Shown one piece after another: positions 1 through 8,600 of a stretch of 64,000 bases of DNA (its first letter is position 1; each line of letters begins with the position of its first letter). Origin of the DNA: a virus; IMG/VR virus record IMGVR_UViG_3300047160_036265; one strand, 5' to 3'. Made by a program: the position numbers and the translations under genes. The notes beneath the pieces were generated by a model. The model did no database searches, had not been told where the DNA came from, and was given only the letters and a program-made list of their open reading frames with translations.

Positions 1-461
1 GTACAGGGCTTTAGGCGGGGGCGACCCTGGACCAACAAGCCGACGTTCTGAGGGTTGAACACGTCCACATCCTTATGTGGAGCAATAAGATCGAATATAG
101 AGTATTCGTCCAGGCCCACGGGGAGGGGCAACTGTACCAATATGCCGTGGACAGAAGGGCCATCGTTCATCATGGCGACGATGGCCTCCACCCGTTGCTG
201 AGCATCGGTCGCCAGCGGCCCTGGTTCGCCGCTAGGTTTCATATGGTGGACGGTGGGGCAATAAAACTGACTGGTCATGCCGACCCTGGCGCACGCTTCG
301 CGCTTGCGGGTCACATAAACCAAGCTGGCGGGGTCGTTGCCGGCCATGACCACCCCCAGGCAGGGTGTCACGCCGGTCGAGGTTTTGAAGTCCTCGACTT
401 CGGCGGCAATTTCCGCCTGAATATCCTGGGCGATCCTCGTACCGTTGATAATTCTAGCCAT
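1..461 (-). CDS. folD: Bifunctional methylenetetrahydrofolate dehydrogenase/cyclohydrolase FolD, N-terminal ~150 aa. The 3' end is truncated by the window edge.
   Basis: The minus-strand ORF from ATG 461..459 is not in the ORF track because it runs off the window. Its translation MARIINGTRIAQDIQAEIAAEVEDF...PCLGVVMAGNDPASLVYV..KREAC..GILVQLPLP...DVDVFNPQNVGLLVQGRPRLKPC aligns residue-for-residue with E. coli FolD, including the GILVQLPLP and PRL.PCTP motifs. Confidence 0.8.
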   Translation of the reverse strand, partial: MARIINGTRIAQDIQAEIAAEVEDFKTSTGVTPCLGVVMAGNDPASLVYVTRKREACARVGMTSQFYCPTVHHMKPSGEPGPLATDAQQRVEAIVAMMNDGPSVHGILVQLPLPVGLDEYSIFDLIAPHKDVDVFNPQNVGLLVQGRPRLKPC

Positions 462-756
462 TCTGATTGGCCCAAGTAGGCGACACCGGAAGCTGCAACT
501 TAAAAGCGTTCGGATCGACTGGCTTGCTGTCCCACCCCAGAGCCTTGATGAAGCACGTTTTGCAAAACGCGACTTCATGAATTTGCTCCGGGCGAATTCT
601 GCCCTCGGCATCGGGCAGGGGTAAGTTGTCACCCACCAGGCCCGCCCGTTCGTGCAGACTGGCACGGAAGATGTTGCCCTGAACGATCACCCCGAATTCG
701 GGTTTGAGGATCGGCTGCTCGCAGCCCTCGCAGACCAGGAATTCCGTGGTTTTCAC
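454..756 (-). CDS. hypothetical Zn-ribbon protein with two CxxC motifs
   Basis: A 100-aa ORF with CEGC and CKTC motifs ~50 aa apart. It is tightly packed: it starts directly after the stop of the upstream kinase gene and overlaps the folD start by 8 nt. Confidence 0.4.
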   Translation of the reverse strand: MKTTEFLVCEGCEQPILKPEFGVIVQGNIFRASLHERAGLVGDNLPLPDAEGRIRPEQIHEVAFCKTCFIKALGWDSKPVDPNAFKLQLPVSPTWANQNG

Positions 757-1268
757 AGTATCACCTTGCCTTCCTTGATCTCCTCCCAGCTAACGGCCTT
801 CACCCGGTCAAAGCCTTCCTCCAGCGTCGGCGGTGCGTAGCTGTCGTGATGGGCCTCGGCCACTTCCAGCCAGTAGGCCAGGTCGTGGCCACGGGCGTCA
901 CTGTCTGCCCGCCTCTGGGCATGGACAACAGGCCCTTCGTTCTTAAATAGCAAAGCCTCGCAACGCACATCGAAGCTCTTTGCCAGGGCCAGCCAGCGGC
1001 GGCGACCGGCCACGCTGACGTTCAACCCCCGGTCCACCATGACCGTGCGGCGCATCGCCAGGGCGGTGCCGATAATATGGTTCTCCACCGTTTTATAGAG
1101 GAGTTTCAAGCCCTTGTCATATAAGGTGTAATCGTCGGCGTGCAGCAGGTTGACGATGGCATCATCGTTGAGACAGATGACGCCCTGGCGGGCGGCATTC
1201 CTAGCGTATGTAGACTTTCCTGATGCTATCATGCCGACCAGGACTTGAAGTTTTGCTGGATTCATCAC
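753..1268 (-). CDS. P-loop polynucleotide kinase-like protein (T4 Pnk kinase-domain-like, AAA_33 family)
   Basis: A Walker A motif GMIASGKST sits near the N-terminus. A downstream VMVDRGLNVSVAGRRRW block resembles the T4 Pnk kinase VIISDTNLNPERRLAW block. The protein is ~170 aa with no phosphatase domain. Confidence 0.55.
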   Translation of the reverse strand: MMNPAKLQVLVGMIASGKSTYARNAARQGVICLNDDAIVNLLHADDYTLYDKGLKLLYKTVENHIIGTALAMRRTVMVDRGLNVSVAGRRRWLALAKSFDVRCEALLFKNEGPVVHAQRRADSDARGHDLAYWLEVAEAHHDSYAPPTLEEGFDRVKAVSWEEIKEGKVIL

Positions 1269-1321
1269 CCCTCCGTGCCTCTTATTCTAATGGCGAATAT
1301 AAGGCAACGGAAGAGGGATTT

Positions 1322-1633
1322 TCAGGCGGACGCCTGGGCAAATATTTTCGAGGGGATGCCTAGCTGCCGCAGCGCTTTTTGAAATTCATCGAAGCTGTAG
1401 CAGTTTTCGGCCACGAAGGAATAGACGAGAAGGGCCTCGGCTTCGGCCAGACCGGAGTGGAACTTGAACTTCTCCAGACCAATATTCGGCTCGTGTTTTA
1501 TTGTCCAGAACCCGGAGAGTAATCTGTTGTAAATGCAGCTATCGAAGACGCGATTGCAGTGGCCACAGGCCGTGATGCCATCAACCAGTTCCCGATTCAG
1601 TTGATGACCGCAAAAGGGACAGACGTTAATCAT
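1322..1633 (-). CDS. hypothetical Zn-ribbon protein
   Basis: 103 aa with CPFCGH...CGHCN motifs. Confidence 0.45.
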   Translation of the reverse strand: MINVCPFCGHQLNRELVDGITACGHCNRVFDSCIYNRLLSGFWTIKHEPNIGLEKFKFHSGLAEAEALLVYSFVAENCYSFDEFQKALRQLGIPSKIFAQASA

Positions 1634-1667
1634 TGCCTGTATCTATGCACAGGCTCTCAGAAATTTG

Positions 1668-1696
1668 GGGTTGACGCCCGGCACCAACCCTGTAGA
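1668..1696 (+). promoter_or_regulatory. candidate sigma70-like promoter (TTGACG, 16 nt spacer, TAGACT)
   Basis: Hexamers read directly from the sequence upstream of the 1764 gene. Weak evidence. Confidence 0.2.
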
Positions 1697-1708
1697 CTTC
1701 TCTCCGGT

Positions 1709-1730
1709 TGCAACGTGCGATCACGTTGCA
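1709..1730. promoter_or_regulatory. perfect 9-bp inverted repeat TGCAACGTG-cgat-CACGTTGCA, operator-like
   Basis: Palindrome lying between the candidate promoter and the RBS of the 1764 secreted-protein gene. Confidence 0.3.
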
Positions 1731-1763
1731 TTTTTCATTTCACAGTCTCGGAGGACGTGACTA

Positions 1764-2143
1764 TGCGTAAGTCGATTCTGGTTGGTGCCGTGGCCCTGGT
1801 GGCGCTCCTGACCGTGGCCCTCGACCCGGCGATGGCCTGTGGTCGTCGTGGGGGCCGCTGCGGCGGGGGTGGCGGCGGCTGGGGCTGCGGCGGGGGCTAC
1901 TATGGCGGCTACAGCACCTATTACGGTGGCTGCAATGGCGGCTACAACGGGGGCGTCATCTACAGCAACGGGTACAGCCCCAGCGTGGAGGAAGTCCCCC
2001 AACTGAGCCAGCCCGTTCCGGTAGAACCCGGCACCGGCAGCATCACCACCCCGATCCAGGTCCGTGACCAGTACGGGCGCATCTACTATCTGGTCCCGGA
2101 AGGCCAGTACAAGAAGATGCAGACCCCGCCGGAGAAGAAGTAG
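1764..2143 (+). CDS. secreted Gly/Tyr-rich low-complexity protein
   Basis: RBS GGAGGA precedes the ATG. The N-terminal signal peptide MRKSILVGAVALVALLTVALDPAMA is followed by a GGGGGWGCGGGYYGGY tract. Start trimmed from the 1559 ORF. Confidence 0.6.
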
Positions 2144-2150
2144 CGCATGA

Positions 2151-2178
2151 GAAGACCCCGGCGACTGCCGGGGTCTTC
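2151..2178. terminator. 11-bp GC-rich hairpin between convergent genes (bidirectional terminator candidate)
   Basis: gaagaccccgg-cgactg-ccggggtcttc. No strong T-run on either side. Confidence 0.35.
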
Positions 2179-2179
2179 G

Positions 2180-2422
2180 CTATCTCTTCAGGTCCGCCAG
2201 GACTAGATCGAGTACCAGCAGGGCAACGCGAACGGCATTAGCCCGCTCCAACGCATCCCCAAAACACATGCCCTTCTTGGGCCGGATGGTATTGGAGAGC
2301 GAGGCTGCCGTATCTCGCAGACCGGCCTTGCGGAGAGCGGGCAGAAGGGCTTTGGCCCGTTTGACCAAATCCCCTTCTGCCCACATCTCATCCACCGACA
2401 CGCGCTTGGCCCTGGGCATCAC
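2180..2422 (-). CDS. hypothetical protein
   Basis: 80-aa ORF. Overlaps the ParB-like gene by 4 nt. Confidence 0.4.
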   Translation of the reverse strand: MMPRAKRVSVDEMWAEGDLVKRAKALLPALRKAGLRDTAASLSNTIRPKKGMCFGDALERANAVRVALLVLDLVLADLKR

Positions 2423-3657
2423 TTCTCCTCAACGGCTCCCAGCTTCTTCCCCCACTTGCGGAAAATCTTCATCGGCTCCGTCTCGCCGTCGTGAATGCCC
2501 TTGGCGACGGCCAGGCCGAATTTGAGGACTTCCGGGTGGGCGAGGAACTGGTCTTCGGGGTCGTTGCCGCTGTTCTTGATGGCAGCTTCCAGGGCCTCGA
2601 TGTAGTGCTTCTTGATCTTCGGGGCACGGAGAGCCTGGGTGGACTCGCCGCCGGCCTGGCGCAAACCCTGGCGGGCGTGCTTGGCCTTGACGGTGGGCTT
2701 CACGTCGCCCTTCTGCTGGGTCTTCTCCTCCTTGCGCTTCTGCGCCGCCGCCTGCTCACCCTGGGCTTCCTGCACCCCCTCGGTATCCCCGGTGACGCGA
2801 GCCTCCGTTTCCTTGGCCTTGGCCAATTCCACGTCTTCCTTGGCCTTGATGATGCTGCGTTCGAGCTTCTGGACCTTCTTCTTCGCGTCCTCCTGGGCGA
2901 ATTCGGTCGCCTGCTCCAGCCCGGTGTGGCGGACGGAGAGATCGTCAACCTCAGCGAAAGCCAGAGCCGCCGCCTTGTTGATCTCGCCCTTGAAGAAGGC
3001 GTTGAGCGTCGGCGGGTCGTCCGACAGCTTCTCGATGAGGCGGTCCATGTCCCGGAGCCATTCCGGGCGGTTGCCGGTCACGTCGAGAATATCATCGTCC
3101 GACCAGCCCTTGGTACGCAGTTCCCGGACCAAGTTGATGTCGGCTTCCTCCCCGAAGTCCACCCGGCAGGTGCCGGACTTGTAGGCGAGCTTCAGGGCGT
3201 CCTTGTCGGTAGGGGCGTCGTAGACCTGGCACAAGATGTACTCGTACAACTCGCGCCCGGCCACGAACTTGCCGTTGGAGGGGTCTTTGCACTTCTCGTT
3301 CTTCTTCACCAGCCAGTCGATGTTGCGGAGCCGACGCTCCCCATCCACAAGCTGAACGGTGCGGGTTTCGTCCTTGGTGATCCAGCGGCAGATCAAGGGG
3401 TAGTGCAGCCCCTCGTCCCGGATGGACTCGCGCAGACGCACCATGTTGGGCTTGTCAAAGCCCTTGCCCATTTCGTTGTCGTCGTCCGCCGTCAGGTAGC
3501 GGATGTTGCTCCAGTGGTACTCGTTGTCATCGGTGGCAGGCTTGTCAGCGATGTTGATGACGGTCATTTTGACCTTGAAAAGCGTGCCTTCGATCCCTAC
3601 GATACCATCGGCAAGAGGCTCGCTGTCCTGATGAGGCTTCTCTTTCTCTTCCGCCAT
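2419..3657 (-). CDS. ParB/Sulfiredoxin-like nuclease domain protein with Lys/Glu-rich C-terminal region
   Basis: The VQLVDGERRLRN motif is the ParB N-terminal GERRxR box. RBS AAGGAG precedes the ATG. 412 aa. Confidence 0.65.
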   Translation of the reverse strand: MAEEKEKPHQDSEPLADGIVGIEGTLFKVKMTVINIADKPATDDNEYHWSNIRYLTADDDNEMGKGFDKPNMVRLRESIRDEGLHYPLICRWITKDETRTVQLVDGERRLRNIDWLVKKNEKCKDPSNGKFVAGRELYEYILCQVYDAPTDKDALKLAYKSGTCRVDFGEEADINLVRELRTKGWSDDDILDVTGNRPEWLRDMDRLIEKLSDDPPTLNAFFKGEINKAAALAFAEVDDLSVRHTGLEQATEFAQEDAKKKVQKLERSIIKAKEDVELAKAKETEARVTGDTEGVQEAQGEQAAAQKRKEEKTQQKGDVKPTVKAKHARQGLRQAGGESTQALRAPKIKKHYIEALEAAIKNSGNDPEDQFLAHPEVLKFGLAVAKGIHDGETEPMKIFRKWGKKLGAVEEK

Positions 3658-3764
3658 TGAAATACCGCTCCTTTTTTCTGGGTGAGGCAGGCGAGAAATC
3701 AGGTATCGACACCGGCGACTCTACTGCTGGCGCGTAACTTTTGTCAACCTGGCCGTCCAGCGTG

Positions 3765-4415
3765 TCAGAAGTTGTAGTTCTTGTGGGACTTACGGCAACG
3801 AATCTGCCAGTCGATCTCGTACTCGACCTTGCCGAAGTTGTCCAACACAGAGTCCTTGCGCCGCAGTACCAGGCCCTCGATTAAATCCGTGGCCTCGGCT
3901 TCCTTGAAACGCTCCGCAAAATGGTCGGTGAAGGTCTGGGCCAGCCACAGGTTCGGGCTGATCTTGAGCGCGAGGCCCGCCATCTGGTCGGTGGCGGGAT
4001 CGCCCACTCCGGTGGGATGGCCGCAAATTTCAAAAAGAATATCAAGCCGCTTCATCTGGTCCGGCGAGCAGAAGAAATATCGGCCCGCCTCCAAAATGTC
4101 AAAAAACACGAGACAGTTGGGGCCGTCCTTGGTCTTGTTCATCACCCCACCGTCGATCCAGTAGGTCTTGTTGGGGTCCAGGGCGAGGTTGGCCTTGATC
4201 TCCTCGGCCAAGGCGTTGTTCAGCGAGAAGCGGACGTGCTTGCCACCGTGCCGGTTCCAGACGCTCAGTTCCCGGCCCAGGTCCACGCGCAGCAAGGTCC
4301 GGCTGTCGTTGAACTTGCGCTGAGCGATCCACAGGCCGGACTGCTCGTAGTACGCCAGGTCCGAAGGGTTAATCTTGCCCTTCGGGCGGGGTGGGTAGAT
4401 CGGCTTCTTTATCAT
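3765..4415 (-). CDS. hypothetical protein with covalent nucleotidyltransferase (ATP-dependent ligase/capping enzyme)-like motifs
   Basis: IEGLVLRRKDSVL resembles ligase motif IV (EGxVxK..DS), LVFFDILE resembles motif III, and KTKDG is a possible motif I. The spacing is atypical and there is no OB domain. Confidence 0.3.
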   Translation of the reverse strand: MIKKPIYPPRPKGKINPSDLAYYEQSGLWIAQRKFNDSRTLLRVDLGRELSVWNRHGGKHVRFSLNNALAEEIKANLALDPNKTYWIDGGVMNKTKDGPNCLVFFDILEAGRYFFCSPDQMKRLDILFEICGHPTGVGDPATDQMAGLALKISPNLWLAQTFTDHFAERFKEAEATDLIEGLVLRRKDSVLDNFGKVEYEIDWQIRCRKSHKNYNF

Positions 4416-4674
4416 TGCGTCGTTCCTCCTGCAATGATACTACCGCAGATTGAGCCGGTTGTAAAGTGCTGCCGACCACGATCTCGTTGCGAAGTTCAAA
4501 GGGGTAATTCTTACTTCGCAAAACGCCCATTGCCCGCTCGGTGGCTATCTGCTTCTCGAAATATGTGCGAACCTGGCCCCGGAGAACGATGACGTTGGAC
4601 AGCACGACGACGCTGATGGGTAGTCTACCGACATGGGCATCCTTAGACAAGGCATCCTTGATGCTCTCCTCCAT
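4369..4674 (-). CDS. hypothetical BON-domain-like protein
   Basis: The VVLRGQVRTYFEKQIATERA pattern is BON-like. It overlaps the previous gene by 47 nt, so the boundaries are uncertain. Confidence 0.3.
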   Translation of the reverse strand: MEESIKDALSKDAHVGRLPISVVVLSNVIVLRGQVRTYFEKQIATERAMGVLRSKNYPFELRNEIVVGSTLQPAQSAVVSLQEERRNDKEADLPTPPEGQD

Positions 4675-4685
4675 AAGTCGCTCCT

Positions 4686-5333
4686 TCAGCCGACGAACAC
4701 GAACGGAGAGCCGCAGACCTCACAGCGGATTCGCAACGGGTTCGGCCCGTCCGGGCGGCGACCGCTACGGATAGAGTTGTGGGGCGGCGGGCACTTGCAC
4801 ACATATTTCAAAAAACACGCCTTGGCAGGCCGACCTTTGCCGGCAATATAATTCTTGCCCTCCCGAAATATCTGGCGGTCGATATTGATTTCGTTGAACG
4901 TCTTCACGCGCTTCTGGATCGCAGACTTCTCCGGCACTCGAATCTCTGCCTGGTCGGCCCCACCCTTGGGGATGTTCAGGCCGGTGACACTCCAGCCCTG
5001 GGTCTTGTGTTTCTTCACCACCAGGCCAACCGCCAGTGCCGCCGCCAGGAACTTTTTGTTGTGGTACTGGTTGGCTGTGCAGTCTACCACGCCCTGCTGG
5101 TGGTTGGACACATGGACCATCTCATGAAGAAGAATAAGAAGTAGGTCATGGTAGTCAACCCCTTTGAACTCGGAGCCGACCACAAGATTCTCGGAAAGGT
5201 AGCGGATGGAAACCTTTTTGGTGATGTCGATGACGACGGGCGGCATTTTCAAATTTCCGCCGAAAAGCTTCGCGTTAATGGTGGCAAACGCTCGCTCGAT
5301 CTCCCCTACGAGTGGCAGTTTGGCCTTTTGCAT
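4686..5333 (-). CDS. SprT-like zinc metallopeptidase with C-terminal Zn-ribbon
   Basis: HEMVH zinc-binding motif in the context LLILLHEMVHV, plus C-terminal CKC...CEVC. Confidence 0.6.
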   Translation of the reverse strand: MQKAKLPLVGEIERAFATINAKLFGGNLKMPPVVIDITKKVSIRYLSENLVVGSEFKGVDYHDLLLILLHEMVHVSNHQQGVVDCTANQYHNKKFLAAALAVGLVVKKHKTQGWSVTGLNIPKGGADQAEIRVPEKSAIQKRVKTFNEINIDRQIFREGKNYIAGKGRPAKACFLKYVCKCPPPHNSIRSGRRPDGPNPLRIRCEVCGSPFVFVG

Positions 5334-5335
5334 CG

Positions 5336-5587
5336 TCAGTCTTCCGTGTCCTGCTGCTGATAGGGGGGCTGATGGTAAGTTGGCTGCACTGGTGTGAGAA
5401 GCCCGCCCACCCGGTAATTTTGACGTGAGCGCACCTGGGTGGTAATCTCAGCTTCCGAAGCAGCGTCGGTTGGGTAGACCACCTTACCACAGGAGCCACA
5501 GACGAGGTTCATTTTCCCATCGAAGTAGAACCCCTTCTCCAGCGGAATGGACTGCTGGCAGTGCGGACAGAGACGCGCCCTATTCAT
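5336..5587 (-). CDS. hypothetical Zn-ribbon protein
   Basis: The product MNRARLCPHCQQ...CGSCGK is trimmed from a longer ORF, whose upstream part would overlap the terminator. Confidence 0.4.
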   Translation of the reverse strand: MNRARLCPHCQQSIPLEKGFYFDGKMNLVCGSCGKVVYPTDAASEAEITTQVRSRQNYRVGGLLTPVQPTYHQPPYQQQDTED

Positions 5588-5629
5588 AAAGAAAATACTA
5601 TTGCCCCGACCAAATAAAAGCAAGCCGGA

Positions 5630-5661
5630 AAACAAAAAGGCCCGGAGGTTTTTCCGGGCCT
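5630..5661 (-). terminator. rho-independent terminator (minus strand)
   Basis: The ggcccgg/ccgggcc hairpin is followed on the minus strand by TTTTTGTTTT. It lies just downstream of the NYN gene. Confidence 0.5.
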
Positions 5662-5678
5662 CGGCTCTCATCATTTTC

Positions 5679-6314
5679 TCAGGAACCGCCGTTTGGTCGA
5701 GGGGTATATTCCCTGAACAACTGATCGCGTACTGAGTCCAAGTCAATAAACTTGGTGGCCTCCCGTATCAGCTTGCTTGAGCAACCGGCGGACTGGAAGA
5801 AGGCGATCTCCACCGCCACCCCGGTTTCCTGGCGAATGCGACGAACGGTGCGAGCGTAATCCTCGTCGCCGGCAATCAAGACGAAGGTATTGTAGCGGTT
5901 GGTGCGCGAAAGAATCGCCATGTCGTACACGATCTCGCAGTCCAGCCCCTTCTCCACCGGCACCTGGGTCTGGCTGCCGTCCTCTTCGGTGACAGTTCGT
6001 TCCCGCAAGGGCAACTCGATCATGTGGTAGCCCAGGTTTTCCGCCAGGAAGTCGTAGAATTTGTTCCGTTTGACCTGGCGGGAGCGATAATCCTCACTCG
6101 ACTGGCCGTTGAAATCGTTGGGTGTGCTGTAATAGAAACGGACGCAGGCGGTGCGGCCATCGGCCAAATAATCCCGCAGTTTGATATAATCCAGGCGGAA
6201 GTTGCCCAGCTTCAAGCTGCGCAAGGCGTGGAACAGGTTTGAATTGTCGATAAAGAGACAGACCCGCTCTTGGGAGCGGATCAGGCGGTTCATCTTCTCC
6301 AGGTATTGTTTCAT
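5679..6314 (-). CDS. NYN (LabA-like) domain ribonuclease
   Basis: CLFIDNSNLFHA and LIAGDEDYARTVRRIRQETGVAVEIAFF are typical of the NYN/LabA family. Start trimmed to MKQYLEKM. Confidence 0.6.
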   Translation of the reverse strand: MKQYLEKMNRLIRSQERVCLFIDNSNLFHALRSLKLGNFRLDYIKLRDYLADGRTACVRFYYSTPNDFNGQSSEDYRSRQVKRNKFYDFLAENLGYHMIELPLRERTVTEEDGSQTQVPVEKGLDCEIVYDMAILSRTNRYNTFVLIAGDEDYARTVRRIRQETGVAVEIAFFQSAGCSSKLIREATKFIDLDSVRDQLFREYTPRPNGGS

Positions 6315-6508
6315 GTCCTCCCCGTTATTGCCGACCGGGAGGGTGGGCGAGAACGGGATTGTTCGGGCCGGTTCTGCTGCCATCAGAGCCTCAACAGGTT
6401 GGGTTCCTACCTTCTCCCGCCACTGTCATTCTACTAGCGGAACCCGCTTGTTTGCAACTATCCTTGCGAGTAGAATGCCATTGGGCAGCATTTTTCTGGG
6501 GGAGTGCC

Positions 6509-7648
6509 ATGCGCCACACAGAACTCATCCAAAAAATACACGAGACGCCGGCTGTCGGCGTCCTCGTCCTCACCGGGGGCGGCACTGAGGCCATTGGTGA
6601 GCTTCTGCGCCACGGCAACGGTAGTAAGACCCTGTTGGAAGCTGTGGTTCCATATTCTACCGCCGCCCTCGATGACTTCCTGCACGGGAAGCCAGACAAG
6701 TATTGCAGCGAATTCTGTGCCCGCCAATTAGCTATGGCCGCATTCCAGCGGGCCAGGCTGCTGGCCGCATTCCAGCGGGCCAGGCTGCTGGCGGATGGCG
6801 GTAGCCCGACGTTCGGGATCAGCGCGACTTGTTCGCTGGTCAAGGAGGGAGAGAGGGTTGGTCGTCAGCATCGTGCTTTTATTGGCCTTCAAACGCCCAA
6901 TAAGACGATCTCCCAGGCCCTTGAGCTAGTCAGGTCACACAGTCGGGAGGAGGAAGAGGCTATCGTGGCTGAATCCGTCCTCAATATAACCGCCGAAGCC
7001 TGCGGCCTACATGACCGCCTTGCCAGTACCAACGACCCCAGCGTGAGGCGGGAATGCGAATCAACCCCACAAGAGTGTAACCTCATCAACGGACTTGTCA
7101 AGAGCATTTATGTGCCGTTGCACGGTAATCTGGGGGAAAACGAAGACTTTATAATCTTCCCAGGCAGCTTTAACCCCCTCCACGAAGGACACCGGGCTGT
7201 CACCTTGCACGCCAGCGCCCTGACCGGCAAGCCGGTTGTTGCCGAAATCTCGGTGAAGAACGTAGACAAGCCCATGCTGGATTATCAGGAAATCCATGAC
7301 CGCCAAGACGCCCTTGGGCGGGAATCCTGCTTCCCAGGCTTGCTTTTCACCAACGCCCCGACCTTCCGGCAAAAAGCTGACTTATTTCCGAACCGTACCT
7401 TCGTGGTTGGCCTCGACACCCTGGTGCGGATCGCCAACCCCAAGTATAACGGGGGCGAGGACGGGCTGGACAAGGCGTTGCGGCACATGAAGCTCCGTGG
7501 AACCAAGTTCCTCGCCTACCACCGAAACGGCACCATCTGCAACTTCGAGGAACTGCCGCCGCTGCTCCAGAGCATGACAATGGTGCCTAGCGACTTCCGC
7601 ATGGTCGATGTCTCTTCAACAGAAATTCGTAAAGCCGGATCGCAGTAG
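6509..7648 (+). CDS. Fusion protein with a C-terminal HxGH cytidylyltransferase-like (NMNAT/NadD-like) nucleotidyltransferase domain and an N-terminal domain of unknown function
   Basis: FPGSFNPLHEGH is the (T/H)xGH nucleotidyltransferase motif. The N-terminus carries GVLVLTGGGTEAIGELL. RBS GGGGGAG precedes the ATG at 6509. Confidence 0.55.
   Translation: MRHTELIQKIHETPAVGVLVLTGGGTEAIGELLRHGNGSKTLLEAVVPYSTAALDDFLHGKPDKYCSEFCARQLAMAAFQRARLLAAFQRARLLADGGSPTFGISATCSLVKEGERVGRQHRAFIGLQTPNKTISQALELVRSHSREEEEAIVAESVLNITAEACGLHDRLASTNDPSVRRECESTPQECNLINGLVKSIYVPLHGNLGENEDFIIFPGSFNPLHEGHRAVTLHASALTGKPVVAEISVKNVDKPMLDYQEIHDRQDALGRESCFPGLLFTNAPTFRQKADLFPNRTFVVGLDTLVRIANPKYNGGEDGLDKALRHMKLRGTKFLAYHRNGTICNFEELPPLLQSMTMVPSDFRMVDVSSTEIRKAGSQ
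6737..6790 (+). repeat. perfect 27-bp tandem duplication (gccgcattccagcgggccaggctgctg x2), in frame
   Basis: Read directly from the sequence. It duplicates the nine residues AAFQRARLL inside the 6509 CDS. Confidence 0.9.
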
Positions 7649-7660
7649 AATAGATACAAT

Positions 7661-7861
7661 GTGTCCCTGCTGCAAACCCTGGAATACTGTCCAGGCTGTG
7701 CCCTGAACTTCTACTACACAATCATGATGATGGATGAAGACGGCAGGATACGAGCCATAGGCGAACCCACCGATAAGTGCCCGGCGTGCGGGTGCTGCGA
7801 GGACTGTCACTCCAACGGGCAATGCCCACATTTTCAAAATGCGACCACACGAGACGGATGA
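7661..7861 (+). CDS. small Cys-rich protein (GTG start)
   Basis: The CPGC...CPACGCCEDCHSNGQCPHF pattern suggests metal binding. 66 aa. Confidence 0.4.
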   Translation: MSLLQTLEYCPGCALNFYYTIMMMDEDGRIRAIGEPTDKCPACGCCEDCHSNGQCPHFQNATTRDG

Positions 7862-8324
7862 ACTGGACGAATTGCGAAAGCTGTCCCGCACCAAGGACAG
7901 CAACCTCACCGACCGCCAGCGCGAACGCCTGGCATACCTTTCGCTACGGCATCGCAACGACGAGCGCAACCGCTGGGGACCGCTCTGGGACTGGATGCTG
8001 TTCACCCTCTATAAGTACGACATCGAGGGCCTGTGCGGGCCACGGGGCGCTCCCTACGACGAATACGAGGCCGAAGTCGGCATCATCCTGCCTCGCCTGG
8101 CAAAGCTTCATGAGCAGGGCATGGTGAAGCACCAGGACGTAGCCATCATTCTCAAGGAAGTCTTCGACCAGATGTTCTGCGCCTTCCCCAAAGAGAAAGG
8201 CCACGCCATCGAACGCTTCGATGGCGTGGCCGGGGCTATAACCAAGTTCTTTGCTGGGTGGCCATTTCAATACGGCCTGGATGACGTGAAGGACTTCCTC
8301 AACCCTCCCCTCCAATGTCCGTGA
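7839..8324 (+). CDS. hypothetical protein
   Basis: 161-aa ORF. Confidence 0.5.
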   Translation: MRPHETDELDELRKLSRTKDSNLTDRQRERLAYLSLRHRNDERNRWGPLWDWMLFTLYKYDIEGLCGPRGAPYDEYEAEVGIILPRLAKLHEQGMVKHQDVAIILKEVFDQMFCAFPKEKGHAIERFDGVAGAITKFFAGWPFQYGLDDVKDFLNPPLQCP

Positions 8325-8493
8325 GGTAAACATCGAGGAGGAACCTCCCCTCTTCACGGTCGAGATTTTGCAATTCCTCGTGGGAAGGCTGGGGGAGTGT
8401 CATCAGATGGATGCGCCACTGACGAATCTTTTCGGCTTTCCTTGCGCCGTTCGGAAATACCGCCAGGGCGTCTTCCAGCGCATCTTCGGCCAT
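8299..8493 (-). CDS. hypothetical small protein
   Basis: 64-aa ORF convergent with the 7839 gene. Confidence 0.3.
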   Translation of the reverse strand: MAEDALEDALAVFPNGARKAEKIRQWRIHLMTLPQPSHEELQNLDREEGRFLLDVYLTDIGGEG

Positions 8494-8544
8494 GTTGCCC
8501 CTCCTTGACAGAAAACGGTACTTTACCAGATCGAGCGGCGGCTG

Positions 8545-8585
8545 TCAAAAAGAAAGGCGTGGTCGCCATAAGTACCACGCCTTTC
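8545..8585 (-). terminator. rho-independent terminator (minus strand)
   Basis: A 10-11 bp stem (aaaggcgtggt / accacgccttt) is followed on the minus strand by a TTTTT run. Confidence 0.5.
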
Positions 8586-8600
8586 TTACGTTAGATGCGT

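Noticed and set aside
75-479. Plus-strand 134-aa ORF at the window start
   Set aside because: It is antisense to a textbook FolD N-terminus on the minus strand, and its own translation has no recognisable features. It is a high-GC antisense artefact.
2491-3660. Long plus-strand ORFs (389 aa and others) antisense to the ParB-like gene; the same pattern occurs at 30397..32822 opposite MVP, 23791..24891 opposite purM and 46555..47838 opposite aspS
   Set aside because: They are repetitive and low-complexity (L/G/A/R-rich) with no motifs, and each lies exactly opposite a gene with clear homology. These are typical spurious ORFs in GC-rich DNA.
3765-4415. Calling this ORF an ATP-dependent DNA/RNA ligase
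   Set aside because: Only motif IV is convincing. Candidate motifs I and III are too close together, and the protein is too short for an NTase plus OB ligase. It is kept as hypothetical with ligase-like motifs.
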